Position numbers and translations under genes: made by a program. The notes beneath the pieces were generated by a model that was not told where the DNA came from, made no database searches, and was given only the letters and a program-made list of their open reading frames with translations. DNA of 64,000 bases from Candidatus Woesebacteria bacterium (GTDB lineage Bacteria > Patescibacteriota > Microgenomatia > UBA1400 > UBA1396): positions 10,214 to 74,213 of the forward strand of contig JAJOJK010000005.1 of NCBI GenBank assembly GCA_021208605.1, written 5' to 3'. Position 1 is the stretch's first letter, and the number at the start of each line of letters is the position of its first letter. Positions 20,982-30,457 of the stretch are shown here, in pieces.

Positions 20982-22142
20982 ATGCAGCGAAATATTTTTC
21001 TAACCCGAATTATTTTTTCTCTGAACACCGCATGGTTTTGGCTGGGAATTTGGGTGCCGTATTACCTGCTGTTTACGAATTATGCTGGTATCGGAATTAT
21101 TGAAACAACGGTGGTTGTCAGCGCATTTCTAATGGAATTACCAACCGGCGCTTTTTCTGATCTCATTGGAAAAAAGAAAACTCTCTTCTTAGCGTTATTG
21201 ACATCGATTCTAGGAAACATTGTGATGGCCAGTGCCAGCCAATTCTGGCATATTCTTTTCTCGGTTCTGATTCTTGGTACCAGTAGCAGTCTTTACTCTG
21301 GGACTAGCGATGCCTTTTTATATGATTCGCTGCTAACTTTACGACAAGAAAAACGCTTTGAGACGGTGCGCGCTTCGATCCAAAAATGGGCCCTTGTCCT
21401 CATGGCCACAGCCAGCGCACTTGGTGGCTGGCTCTATACTTTCGACCCAACCTGGCCTTTTTGGGCCGTCGCCATACTCCATACCTGCGCCCTCATTTTG
21501 GTCGTATTCCTGAAAGAGCCACCAATCGATACGGAGCAGTTCTCCTGGGCATCCTACAAAAAACAAATGGTGCATGGCGTTCGTCAACTCTTTGCACAAA
21601 AACACGACACCAACTGGATTTGGCAACTGTTGATTATTTCTGCCTTTACAAAGTTTCTCATTGAGGGCATTGATCCAGCTTTGGCACTGCATTTTGGATT
21701 GTCTGATGCACAGCTCGGCTACCTGTATGCGGCAGTGCCACTCGTTTCGGCAGCTGGCGCATGGTGGTATGAAAGCCGTGCGAAACAATTTCCTCGCTCT
21801 GTATGGTGGAAAATGCTCTTGGCCGCATTCCTTGGAACAGCCATCTTGTCACCACTGGTTGGTTTGACGATCGGAATCAGTGGCATACTCATGCGCAACA
21901 TTTTTTATCCAGTGCTCGAAACCATGAGCGCCAACGCCATCAATACGTTTGTAGAATCTCGCTACCGCGCCACCACACTTTCCGCCTTCGCCATGCTCAC
22001 GAGTATCCCCTATGTCTTTGGCGCTGCCGTGGTCGGCATGGCCATTGACCGCTGGAATGCCGCTCTGGTTACGATGGTTTTAGGTTTGGGATTTGGAGTG
22101 GTGTATGTTTGGAAAAATGGACGAGAGTCTTTTGGTTCTTAA
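20982..22142 (+). CDS. MFS transporter
   Basis: ELPTGAFSDLIGKK, SGTSDAFLYDSL and SRYRATTLS motifs. Confidence 0.9.
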   Translation: MQRNIFLTRIIFSLNTAWFWLGIWVPYYLLFTNYAGIGIIETTVVVSAFLMELPTGAFSDLIGKKKTLFLALLTSILGNIVMASASQFWHILFSVLILGTSSSLYSGTSDAFLYDSLLTLRQEKRFETVRASIQKWALVLMATASALGGWLYTFDPTWPFWAVAILHTCALILVVFLKEPPIDTEQFSWASYKKQMVHGVRQLFAQKHDTNWIWQLLIISAFTKFLIEGIDPALALHFGLSDAQLGYLYAAVPLVSAAGAWWYESRAKQFPRSVWWKMLLAAFLGTAILSPLVGLTIGISGILMRNIFYPVLETMSANAINTFVESRYRATTLSAFAMLTSIPYVFGAAVVGMAIDRWNAALVTMVLGLGFGVVYVWKNGRESFGS

Positions 22143-22720
22143 ACAGCAACTTTTTCTTTGACTGCAGTAACTTCGCCATTTTCCACGACAACTTCAAAGA
22201 ACTCGCCTTTTTCCAGCCAACCAGGGATAGTGTCTTCCGGAGCATTGTCGTCAACGAGCGGAATGTTCTGAATATATGAGTAGAGGACTTGTAGGGGATC
22301 GCCATGGCTGCAAAGAATTGTGTTTTCTGTTGTGGAAAGAATGACTTCATCCCAAAATTCGGCCATTCTTTTTTGGAGCATAGCTAAGGTTTCACCGCCG
22401 AGCTCATCAATATGGCTAAAAAAGTGATAGCCATCTGCATGCTGATTTTCGCCCCAGTACCCCTGATACGCCGAGAGCGTTTCTAAAATACGCTGGTCAT
22501 TCGAAATAGGAACGGTATCGTTGGCAATTATCTCGGACGTTTGTTGACACCGCAAAACCGCACTAGAATAGATGTGACTGATATTCTTTGTTGCGAAAAA
22601 CTCTTGGAGTCTCTGGGCATGCAACTTCCCGCTCTCTGAGAGAGGAACCGGTAATCGACCAGGCAAAATATTGCGAGGATTGTCATAGGCGCAGTGTCGG
22701 AGGAGGTAGATTGAGTGCAT
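22139..22720 (-). CDS. Histidine phosphatase family protein
   Basis: YLLRHC, YSSAVLRCQQT and CSHGDP motifs. Confidence 0.87.
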   Translation of the reverse strand: MHSIYLLRHCAYDNPRNILPGRLPVPLSESGKLHAQRLQEFFATKNISHIYSSAVLRCQQTSEIIANDTVPISNDQRILETLSAYQGYWGENQHADGYHFFSHIDELGGETLAMLQKRMAEFWDEVILSTTENTILCSHGDPLQVLYSYIQNIPLVDDNAPEDTIPGWLEKGEFFEVVVENGEVTAVKEKVAV

Positions 22721-22802
22721 GCGGAGAGTATAGCAGAGATATTAAAAGGAAGTTGTTTTTTACTCTACGAGTAAACAAATAATATTCACTTATAATTTAA
22801 AT

Positions 22803-23942
22803 ATGTTTTTTACTTCATTAGCCAAAAAACACTATCGTCATCTGAATAAAATATTGATCAACCAAGCAGCACTCCGCCACAACCACCAGGTTCTGCAAGC
22901 GTTTCACCCAGAAGCAAAAATCGTTCCTGTTTTAAAAAGCAATGCGTATGGACATGGCCTCAAAGTAGTGGCTCCAATCTTCGATGCACTCAAGCCTGAG
23001 TTTTTAGTAGTTGATAGTCTCTATGAGGCGTACGAGCTGTATAAAATAAAAGTCAAATCAAAGATTCTCATCCTTGGCTATACTCACCCGGACAACTTTT
23101 CAATCAAGCAACTACCATTCCATATCACGATATTTGACTTAGTAACTGCAAAAAAACTCAATAAGTATCAGAAAGATTGCAAGGTTCATATTTTCGTGGA
23201 CACAGGCATGTGCCGAGAGGGTGTCCCCATCGCAGATCTGCCCGAGTTTATTCAAGAAGTAAAAAAATTACAGAACCTACATATAGTTGGACTCACATCA
23301 CATCTGGCCGATGCCGATAATCCACAAGACAACTCGTTCACAGAAAAACAAATTACCAACTATAAAAAAGCTTTACAAATTCTTGAAGAGAAAGGAATTA
23401 CTCCTCAATATCGTCAAATTTCCGCTTCTGGTGGAGCGTTCAAAATAAAAGATCCTACGTTTACTCTCATCCGCGCTGGATTAGCTAGCTATGGGATCAA
23501 TCCGCTAGAACCTTCAGACCCAGAATTTCAATCACTGCAGCTCCAACCAGCTCTTCGATTTACGAGCACACTCGCCCAAATTAAAACGATTCATAATGGT
23601 GACAAAATTGGTTACAACGGCACCTTTACTGCTAAAAAAACCATGACTATTGGCTTGCTCCCGCTTGGGTATTATGAAGGAGTTGATAGACGGCTTTCGA
23701 ATACAGGTTCTGTAACCATTGGCGATACAACTTGCCCAATTCTAGGGAGAGTCTCAATGAACATGACAAGTATAGATATCTCGAATGTCAAAAATCCGCA
23801 GGTAGGTGACACCGTTTGTATCTATAGTGACCAAGACAGAGATAACAGCATCGTGAACGCCGCGAAAATTGCTGAGACTATTCCGTATGAGCTCCTGGTA
23901 CATTTATCGGAATCGGTGAGACGAGAAATTATTGATAAGTAA
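22803..23942 (+). CDS. alr: Alanine racemase
   Basis: VLKSNAYGHG PLP-Lys motif, VDTGMCREG, IGYNGTF, GRVSMN and TIPYELL. Confidence 0.95.
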   Translation: MFFTSLAKKHYRHLNKILINQAALRHNHQVLQAFHPEAKIVPVLKSNAYGHGLKVVAPIFDALKPEFLVVDSLYEAYELYKIKVKSKILILGYTHPDNFSIKQLPFHITIFDLVTAKKLNKYQKDCKVHIFVDTGMCREGVPIADLPEFIQEVKKLQNLHIVGLTSHLADADNPQDNSFTEKQITNYKKALQILEEKGITPQYRQISASGGAFKIKDPTFTLIRAGLASYGINPLEPSDPEFQSLQLQPALRFTSTLAQIKTIHNGDKIGYNGTFTAKKTMTIGLLPLGYYEGVDRRLSNTGSVTIGDTTCPILGRVSMNMTSIDISNVKNPQVGDTVCIYSDQDRDNSIVNAAKIAETIPYELLVHLSESVRREIIDK

Positions 23943-24129
23943 TTTCTACGGCTGTTACAACGGAATGTGTTGAGGGAATATTGCAAGATGCGACAACCTG
24001 TTGAGGGGGGGTATTAGACGGGTCTGTCAGACTATCAGTTGTTGCGGGGAGGATGGGATTCTCACCACATCTGGTAGCACCGCTATTTTAGCTTACATTT
24101 AGAGTGTTGCAAAGCTCATCTTTGAAAGA

Positions 24130-24807
24130 TTACACAATTTTTCCATCTTTAAGATTAACAATTCTCTTTGCAAATGAAGCAGTGAAATCATCATGGGTTA
24201 CTAGCAAAATTGTTTTATTTTCTTCTTTATTTAGTTTACTGAGAATCTCCATCACTTCTTTAGCTGATTTACTATCTAAATTGCCAGTAGGTTCATCAGC
24301 TAAAATAATATCAGGATCATTCATCAGTGAACGAGCAATGGCAACTCTCTGACGTTGTCCTCCCGACATTTCACTCGGTTTATTATTAATTCTATCTCCC
24401 AATCCAAGTTTTTCTAGCAATTCTTTAGCTCTACCACTTTTCTCTTCACCAGCATAAAAACTTGGCAAACTTACATTTTTAAGTGCTGATTGCCTTGGGA
24501 GCAGGTTGAAGTTTTGGAATACAAAACCTAAATATTTGTTACGAACATCAGCAAGTTGATCTTTATTGAAATTTGCTACATCATCTTTATCTAAGTAATA
24601 CTCACCACTATTAGGAGTATCCAAACAACCAATAATATTCATTAGTGTTGATTTGCCACTACCAGAAGGACCCATTAAGCACACAAACTCACCTCTGTTA
24701 ATTATTAGATCAATTCCATGAAGAATTGGAAATTCTTGATTGCTTAAGTAGTAACTTTTTGTGATTTTTTTTAAGGTAATCAGTGGTTTTTTCTTTGTCG
24801 TTCTCAT
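24130..24807 (-). CDS. ABC transporter ATP-binding protein (MacB/LolD type)
   Basis: GPSGSGKST, FQNFNLL, SGGQRQRVAIAR and ADEPTGNLD motifs. Confidence 0.95.
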   Translation of the reverse strand: MRTTKKKPLITLKKITKSYYLSNQEFPILHGIDLIINRGEFVCLMGPSGSGKSTLMNIIGCLDTPNSGEYYLDKDDVANFNKDQLADVRNKYLGFVFQNFNLLPRQSALKNVSLPSFYAGEEKSGRAKELLEKLGLGDRINNKPSEMSGGQRQRVAIARSLMNDPDIILADEPTGNLDSKSAKEVMEILSKLNKEENKTILLVTHDDFTASFAKRIVNLKDGKIV

Positions 24808-24812
24808 ATATT

Positions 24813-25838
24813 TTATTTCCAACTGGCCACAGATTGTCCACTACTAAGACCTGAAATTACCTCAACTTCTTTTCCATTAGTAAATCCCAACTCTACAGGT
24901 GATTTTATTAATTGGTTATTTTCGATTATATAAACAACAGCTTGATTTCCTTCTCTTTTTACAGCAGAGTTTGGAATCTTAAATACATCCGTCGATTCTT
25001 TACTAATTATCTCAACTTCCCCAAGCATACCATCAAGTAATTTTTGATCTGCGTTATTAAAAATTATAATAACTTTATAGGTTGATAAGTCATTACTATC
25101 TATAGTTGCTAGTCTTGAAACATACGATACTGTACCCAGAATCTCTTGGTCAGGAAGTGCTTCAAGCATGATGCGAGCTTTCATGCCTTCTTCAATTTTG
25201 AGTGCTTCGATATCCTCAGCAAAGACTTCAAAATGAAAGCTATTTTCATCAATAATGGTAATAGCGACTGATTGATTTTGTGATGAAACTGTTTCCCCTG
25301 GCTTAATATTTACTTGAGCAACAGTTCCAGCTATAGGCGAACTAAGATATGATTTTTTTTGTGCTAAATCTTTAAGTTCGACATCTAGAACTGCTTTTTC
25401 TAAATCCCACTGGTTTTTTTCTAAAATTCTTTTAATAGTATCCGTAAGAGGAACCCCTGGATACGTAGCCTGAATCATTTCTTCAAAATCATTACGATCT
25501 TTTGAATAGTCTCGCAATGCTAATTCAAGATTTTTTTGAGCTTCTCTAGTATCTAAATAAGCAAGTGTTTGCCAAGGTTTTACAATATCACCTTCATTAA
25601 CGTTAACTCCACGCACAGTCCCGCCTATTTCAAATGAAAGATCACGACGGGCAATTACTGTTTTGCCATCTAAATTGAGGGAAACACTGACATTGCCTTT
25701 AGTTACTTTAGCTGTTTCATAGGTTGGTTGTTCGCTAGATTGGTTTGCTTGCAGTTGTTTCCAACCATATAATCCAATACTACCTAACAAACCAAGTCCT
25801 AGTATTACAACAGCTAGTCTTTTATGTTTAAGGATCAT
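24813..25838 (-). CDS. Efflux membrane-fusion/adaptor protein (MacA-like)
   Basis: N-terminal TM, lipoyl-like halves (VNEGDIVK; SPIAGTV) and EVISGLSSG. Confidence 0.9.
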   Translation of the reverse strand: MILKHKRLAVVILGLGLLGSIGLYGWKQLQANQSSEQPTYETAKVTKGNVSVSLNLDGKTVIARRDLSFEIGGTVRGVNVNEGDIVKPWQTLAYLDTREAQKNLELALRDYSKDRNDFEEMIQATYPGVPLTDTIKRILEKNQWDLEKAVLDVELKDLAQKKSYLSSPIAGTVAQVNIKPGETVSSQNQSVAITIIDENSFHFEVFAEDIEALKIEEGMKARIMLEALPDQEILGTVSYVSRLATIDSNDLSTYKVIIIFNNADQKLLDGMLGEVEIISKESTDVFKIPNSAVKREGNQAVVYIIENNQLIKSPVELGFTNGKEVEVISGLSSGQSVASWK

Positions 25839-26330
25839 TTAGTTTAGTCCTTTAATCTTCACAGCTTCAACCTGACCTTGTTTATCCTGCCAGATTGAAA
25901 GATAGCTACCTGTTTTAATATCAGCTAAGTTAGCTGAAATGTTTGATCCATCCGCATTGCCACTGCCAGTCATAATAGGCACACCTACAGGAATCTGCAA
26001 AGTGAGTTGTTCTGTTTCTACTGCTTCCATTTCTTCTTGACGTAAGGCCTGTCTTTCTTCTTGTGATAAGTTAGCTCGATCTTCTCGTCTAGCTATACGT
26101 TCTTCATCATTTAACGCTTCTTTAAGTTCATTTAAAACAATTACTTCATTACCTTCAATTGATTTGACTTGACCATTTATTTCCGCAGGTCTATCAGGTA
26201 ATAATGATTCAACTATTTCTACAGTTTGACTATCTATAGATGATTGATCATTTTGATTAGTATTAGTGCATGCTGAAAACACCACAGCAGATGATAAAAC
26301 TATAAAAGCGATTACTATATATTTTTTCAT
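25839..26330 (-). CDS. Putative lipoprotein
   Basis: Signal peptide with FSAC lipobox; inside the ABC operon. Confidence 0.75.
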   Translation of the reverse strand: MKKYIVIAFIVLSSAVVFSACTNTNQNDQSSIDSQTVEIVESLLPDRPAEINGQVKSIEGNEVIVLNELKEALNDEERIARREDRANLSQEERQALRQEEMEAVETEQLTLQIPVGVPIMTGSGNADGSNISANLADIKTGSYLSIWQDKQGQVEAVKIKGLN

Positions 26331-26347
26331 TTTGTTCCATTTACTAA

Positions 26348-27565
26348 TTATTCATATCGAAGTGCTTCAATTGGATGTAAACTGGCTGCTTTCTGGGCAG
26401 GAAAGTATCCAAAAATAACTCCAGTTCCTACTACAAAGATTAATGAAAGCAGATAACTCCACCAAACATTAATTATTGATATTCCAATCCGAACCAAAAG
26501 AAAGTACAGTCCAAAGGCAATTATAGCTCCAATTATGTATCCAATTCCACTCAGAATTAAAGCCTCAAATAAAAATTGTAATTGAATATGATGATCTTTA
26601 GCTCCGATTGCCTTCCGAAGACCAATTTCTTTGGTCCTTTCATGAACGCTAACATACATAATATTCATAATCCCAATTCCTCCTACCAATAAAACAACAA
26701 TTCCTACACTGCCCAATAAAAAAGACATTGTTTGAGCTGAATCTTTAGCCGATTGGACATTGGTACCCATATCACGGACTCGAAAATCATCCACTCCACC
26801 AAGTTTAATAGTATGATTATCCCGGAGGACCCGAGAAATATCTTCCATGGCTGTATCTAAAACATTAATATCTGTTGCTTGAGCGTTGATATTAAATTTG
26901 CCTTGTTTACCAAGTACATAGCGATACCCTGATGAGTAGGGGACAAAAATTGAGTCATCAACGGCAATGGGACCAAATGCACCACCACGATATTCTAGAA
27001 CGCCAACCACTCTAAAAGCTTTTTTACCAAGGCTTACTTCTCGGCCAATAATATTTTGAGGAGAAATTCCGTCAGTTTCAAATAAATCTTCGGCCACTGT
27101 AGCCCCAAGCACTGCTACTTTAGCACGATTATCTTCTGCCTCTTGGTCAAATTGTCCACCGGCTTGATAAGTGGCAGCTAACATAGAAAAGATATCTGGT
27201 GTACTACCAACGACTGTAAATGATGCCATATTTCCTTCTGCGGCAACATTAACTTTACCGGAAGTTTGGGGAACTGCACTAACGATAGTATCCAAATGAG
27301 CAATATCTTGGGCATCTTCAAGACTTAATTTGGACTTTGTACCGTCTTCAGCTGATGGAGCATTGATCAAAATAGTAGTTACACTCATGTTTGAGTATTG
27401 CGCATCAATATCTTGTTTCGCACCTTCTCCTAAGCCTACAACTAAAATAATCGTTGCTCCACCAATCACAATTCCCAGCATAGTTAAAAAAGCTCTAAAA
27501 CTGTGAGCGATTAAACTTTCAAAGGATAAACGCAGAATTTTAGTAGTAAATACAATTGATTTCAT
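26348..27565 (-). CDS. ABC transporter permease (MacB/FtsX type)
   Basis: LTMLGIVIG, GGIGIMNIMYVSVHERTKEIGLRKAIGA and PIEALRYE motifs. Confidence 0.95.
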   Translation of the reverse strand: MKSIVFTTKILRLSFESLIAHSFRAFLTMLGIVIGGATIILVVGLGEGAKQDIDAQYSNMSVTTILINAPSAEDGTKSKLSLEDAQDIAHLDTIVSAVPQTSGKVNVAAEGNMASFTVVGSTPDIFSMLAATYQAGGQFDQEAEDNRAKVAVLGATVAEDLFETDGISPQNIIGREVSLGKKAFRVVGVLEYRGGAFGPIAVDDSIFVPYSSGYRYVLGKQGKFNINAQATDINVLDTAMEDISRVLRDNHTIKLGGVDDFRVRDMGTNVQSAKDSAQTMSFLLGSVGIVVLLVGGIGIMNIMYVSVHERTKEIGLRKAIGAKDHHIQLQFLFEALILSGIGYIIGAIIAFGLYFLLVRIGISIINVWWSYLLSLIFVVGTGVIFGYFPAQKAASLHPIEALRYE

Positions 27566-27573
27566 GATTTATA

Positions 27574-28299
27574 TCAATTTGCACATCGCTCAAAAGCTGG
27601 CAAATGCATTTCTTTTGAGGCATTAGCCAGTGAAGTAAATACTGTTTTAATATCTTCTTGTGCAATGTTTGGAATCATGTCTTGATAAAGTTGATCGTTA
27701 TCAATCTCTGCTTGCACACCAACAGCACATACTTCTTGTAGAGTGGCTGGTAATTCACCAACTTCAATAGTGTCTGCAGGAATTTCTACTCCATATTTAT
27801 CAAAAAGAGCTTTGAGCATTGAAATATGTTGCTCTTCTGCTCGGGCAATATTGATAAATGGGCGAACATTGCCGAATTTATCCATTGTTGCTTGATAGGT
27901 AGCTAAAGCCTTTCTTTCATCTGCCAATCCAATTTTAAGGTATTCAATGGTTTGGTTGTCTAATTCTTCTACAGGATATTCTGCATCTTCTACCAATAAG
28001 CAGCCATCCATCAGACAGTTTTGTTTAGTAAGAGTTTGATTTGCATTCGTGCCCTTTCCTTGTGAGTCTGTGTCACTAACTTTTTGATTACGTCCTTGTC
28101 CATCCATTTTTCCTTGACCATTGCCTCTTCCGTATCCAAGTGGACCATAAGATTGTTCTTGAATTGATTCAGCTACCTTTGATGATTGGGTCGTCTTTGA
28201 ATAAACAGTGGTTACAGCAAAAGTAATAAGCATACCTGTAATTACCAATCCTAAAGAGAGATATTTATTATCTGTAATTTTTTTGAGTGTTTTGTTCAT
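27574..28299 (-). CDS. Membrane-anchored ferritin-like protein (DUF2202-like)
   Basis: DERKA...FINIARAEEQH...AEIDN...ASKEMHLPAF carboxylate/His pattern. Confidence 0.78.
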   Translation of the reverse strand: MNKTLKKITDNKYLSLGLVITGMLITFAVTTVYSKTTQSSKVAESIQEQSYGPLGYGRGNGQGKMDGQGRNQKVSDTDSQGKGTNANQTLTKQNCLMDGCLLVEDAEYPVEELDNQTIEYLKIGLADERKALATYQATMDKFGNVRPFINIARAEEQHISMLKALFDKYGVEIPADTIEVGELPATLQEVCAVGVQAEIDNDQLYQDMIPNIAQEDIKTVFTSLANASKEMHLPAFERCAN

Positions 28300-28701
28300 A
28301 AAAAATCTTTACATTATTCAATCACTGACACCAGTATAAATCAAAAAACTGAGAAAAACATGAGGTTGTTTGTGTGTATATAACAAATCAAACCTAACAT
28401 TACAGGCCACAGAACTGAAATATGTTTAAAACGCAGTTTTTAGGCAAGACACATCAGCCCAAATCAGATAAAAGGACAGGTCTATCAGAACTTTTCGATT
28501 GTTGCGGAGGCGGTGGTCCGCTCTGCGGACATTAGGCAGGTGCTTCGCACTTGCCGGCAGGATTCACGACTTCGTTCGCTCCCGCTCACTCTGCATGCAC
28601 TAGGGTTGCCTCGCATGTATTATAATTCGGTATGTTCGGCCCCGTCGCGAACTGAGGCTCACTTCGTTCGCTGGATTCGCTCCTGTACATCTTCCACCAA
28701 T

Positions 28702-28723
28702 AAAAAAGCAGCCATTTGGCTGC
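28702..28723 (-). terminator. Intrinsic terminator of tRNA-Ser
   Basis: GCAGCC-AAAT-GGCTGC followed by T6 on the minus strand. Confidence 0.8.
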
Positions 28724-28731
28724 ATTTTTAT

Positions 28732-28819
28732 TGGCGGAGGCGGTGGGATTCGAACCCACGAACCCGTGAACGGGTCAGGATTAGCAATCCTGTGCAATTG
28801 GCCACTATGCGACGCCTCC
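28732..28819 (-). tRNA. tRNA-Ser(GCT)
   Basis: GGAGGCG/CGCCTCC acceptor stem, CAGGA-TTGCTAA-TCCTG anticodon arm, long variable arm, TTCGAAT T-loop, G discriminator and encoded CCA. Confidence 0.97.
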
Positions 28820-28949
28820 TGCATCGGGGCGTTCTGGGCAGAGAGGGAGCCTGAAACGCCATCGATAGGTGCCTATTATGCCTGAAAGGTGGGAAAATGA
28901 CCAGTCGCACTTTCGGCCAGTTCTCAAGATGAAGGTTTCGGCATTCCTC

Positions 28950-28978
28950 TTGACACCCGCAAAAAACGCGACTATGCT
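28950..28978 (+). promoter_or_regulatory. Sigma70 promoter TTGACA-N17-TATGCT
   Basis: Consensus -35, 17-bp spacer and near-consensus -10. Confidence 0.8.
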
Positions 28979-28986
28979 ACCGATAG

Positions 28987-29121
28987 ATGTCACGTTCCGC
29001 GTTTGCAACTACCAGCTCTGCTTTCTTCAGCGGTAATTTTGCGTGGCTTCATTCCAATTATCAACCAACCCTCTGCATGATCCAAGCTCAAAAGCGCGCA
29101 GAAAGGGGTATGGCTATGTAG
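28987..29121 (+). CDS. Putative 44-aa leader peptide of an attenuator
   Basis: ATG 8 nt after the -10 box: MSRSAFATTSSAFFSGNFAWLHSNYQPTLCMIQAQKRAERGMAM*. Confidence 0.5.
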   Translation: MSRSAFATTSSAFFSGNFAWLHSNYQPTLCMIQAQKRAERGMAM

Positions 29122-29180
29122 CGAAAACAGATATTTTCACCCACACACAGCACATACCCCGCCGAAAAAGCGGGTTTTTT
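29105..29180 (+). terminator. Terminator/antiterminator pair (attenuator)
   Basis: CCCGC-cgaaaaa-GCGGG-TTTTTT; a competing GGGGTATG(29105)/CATACCCC(29153) helix overlaps the terminator 5' arm. Confidence 0.62.
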
Positions 29181-29236
29181 AGTGACTTTTATCCTCAGTC
29201 ACGACATCAAAACACTCAGAAAGGAAGGATACACCC

Positions 29237-29572
29237 ATGCGCAGCACGCGCCAGTACCAGCGACAGTTCGAACATCGCCGTCAGCGAACCGAACGGTTCC
29301 TACAGAAAAAAATCTTCACTGATGCCCCGCACCCGTCGGCATTGGACACCTTCTTAGAAAAATTCACCGCCGAGGTTCCAGCAGAATCACAGGGCATTAC
29401 CGCTGCTATCGAGTGGTTTCAAACCCAACCGCAGGCCCATCATTACTTCTCACGCGTTAATCCCTCACAGGAAGAATGGAAGGCCAGTCTGATGCGACTC
29501 GGCATGAGCATGGCCCAGGCCTACGTGTTGGTCGGCATTATCAGCACCGCTCTCTACGCTCAACAAGCGTAG
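29237..29572 (+). CDS. Hypothetical protein (111 aa)
   Basis: Purine-rich AAGGAAGGA SD; downstream of the attenuator; no recognised family. Confidence 0.7.
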   Translation: MRSTRQYQRQFEHRRQRTERFLQKKIFTDAPHPSALDTFLEKFTAEVPAESQGITAAIEWFQTQPQAHHYFSRVNPSQEEWKASLMRLGMSMAQAYVLVGIISTALYAQQA

Positions 29573-29662
29573 CGCAGACACACCTGCCACAGAGCTGAAT
29601 CAAACCCAGCGCGTAGGAAGATCGTGGTAAATATGCTACTATAGGGAAAATTCTTTCCCGGC

Positions 29663-30370
29663 ATGTCTACTGACCACATTACGCTCACGCTGCCAAACCA
29701 AGAAACCCTCGTTCTTCCGTGGAAAAAGCTCAAACGAGCGAAACATATCCGCGTCACGGTTTCGCAAGGCAAGCCGCGCGTTTCCTCACCGCCTTCCGTT
29801 TCCCGCCACTCGGTGGAGAGTTTCTTGCTGCAGCAGTCAGCTTGGATTCAGAGTCAGCTCAATAAGATAGAGTCTCTTCCCCAAAATACCCTGTACTACC
29901 GCGGCGAACCGCACCAACTTATTTTTCATTCTGATATTCCGAAAGATCGCCGCATCTATCGCGACGTCACTAACATTGTTGTCCATCCCATTGTGATGAG
30001 TACCAACTCGATTACCTCTTCGTTGGAGCGCTGGCTCCAGACCGAAGCCAGCACGGTCTGCGTGCCTATTCTGCAAAAGCATGCTGTCAACATGGACGTG
30101 GAAGTCCCGCAGCTTCGCTTCCGTGACACCCGCTCGCGCTGGGGAAGTTGTTCAAGCACCGGCGCTATTACGCTGAATTGGCGCCTGGTTCATGCGCCTA
30201 TCGAGGTCACTGAGTACGTTATCGTTCACGAATTGGCGCACCGTATCCACATGAATCACTCAAAAGATTTTTGGGACTTGGTGGAGGAACACAACCCGAG
30301 TTACCGCATTCACCGCGGCTGGCTGAAGCGCCATGGACATCTCTGCCGGACGCCGGAAATTATCTTGTAA
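29663..30370 (+). CDS. YgjP/DUF45 (M48-like) zinc metallohydrolase
   Basis: SRWGSCS and YVIVHELAHRIHMNHSKDFW motifs. Confidence 0.92.
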   Translation: MSTDHITLTLPNQETLVLPWKKLKRAKHIRVTVSQGKPRVSSPPSVSRHSVESFLLQQSAWIQSQLNKIESLPQNTLYYRGEPHQLIFHSDIPKDRRIYRDVTNIVVHPIVMSTNSITSSLERWLQTEASTVCVPILQKHAVNMDVEVPQLRFRDTRSRWGSCSSTGAITLNWRLVHAPIEVTEYVIVHELAHRIHMNHSKDFWDLVEEHNPSYRIHRGWLKRHGHLCRTPEIIL

Positions 30371-30377
30371 ATATGGG

Positions 30378-30448
30378 AGGGTCCAACCCTTCTGCATTCC
30401 AGTTTTACTCATCTGGAAACTCTGAGATGCACAAAAGGGTTGGACCCT
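30378..30448. repeat. REP-like inverted doublet AGGGTCCAACCCTT...AAGGGTTGGACCCT
   Basis: Perfect 14-bp inverted repeat between convergent genes; each arm is itself a mini-hairpin. Confidence 0.75.
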
Positions 30449-30457
30449 AGTTTTCGT

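Larger units (their letters stand above)
24020..28516. mobile_element. AT-rich genomic islet at tRNA-Ser bounded by degenerate direct repeats
   Basis: Visibly AT-richer than the flanks; ggtctgtcagactatcagttgttgcggggaggatgggattc (~24021) resembles ggtctatcagaacttttcgattgttgcggaggcggtgg (~28479) and the tRNA 3' end; no integrase present. Confidence 0.62.

Noticed and set aside
28822-28866. Hairpin upstream of tRNA-Ser as a separate ncRNA
   Set aside because: Imperfect stem with no recognisable family motif; compatible with an ordinary precursor leader.
28513-29008. Short ORFs around tRNA-Ser (e.g. ...WRRRWDSNPR...)
   Set aside because: Translations of the tRNA and its flanking repeats.
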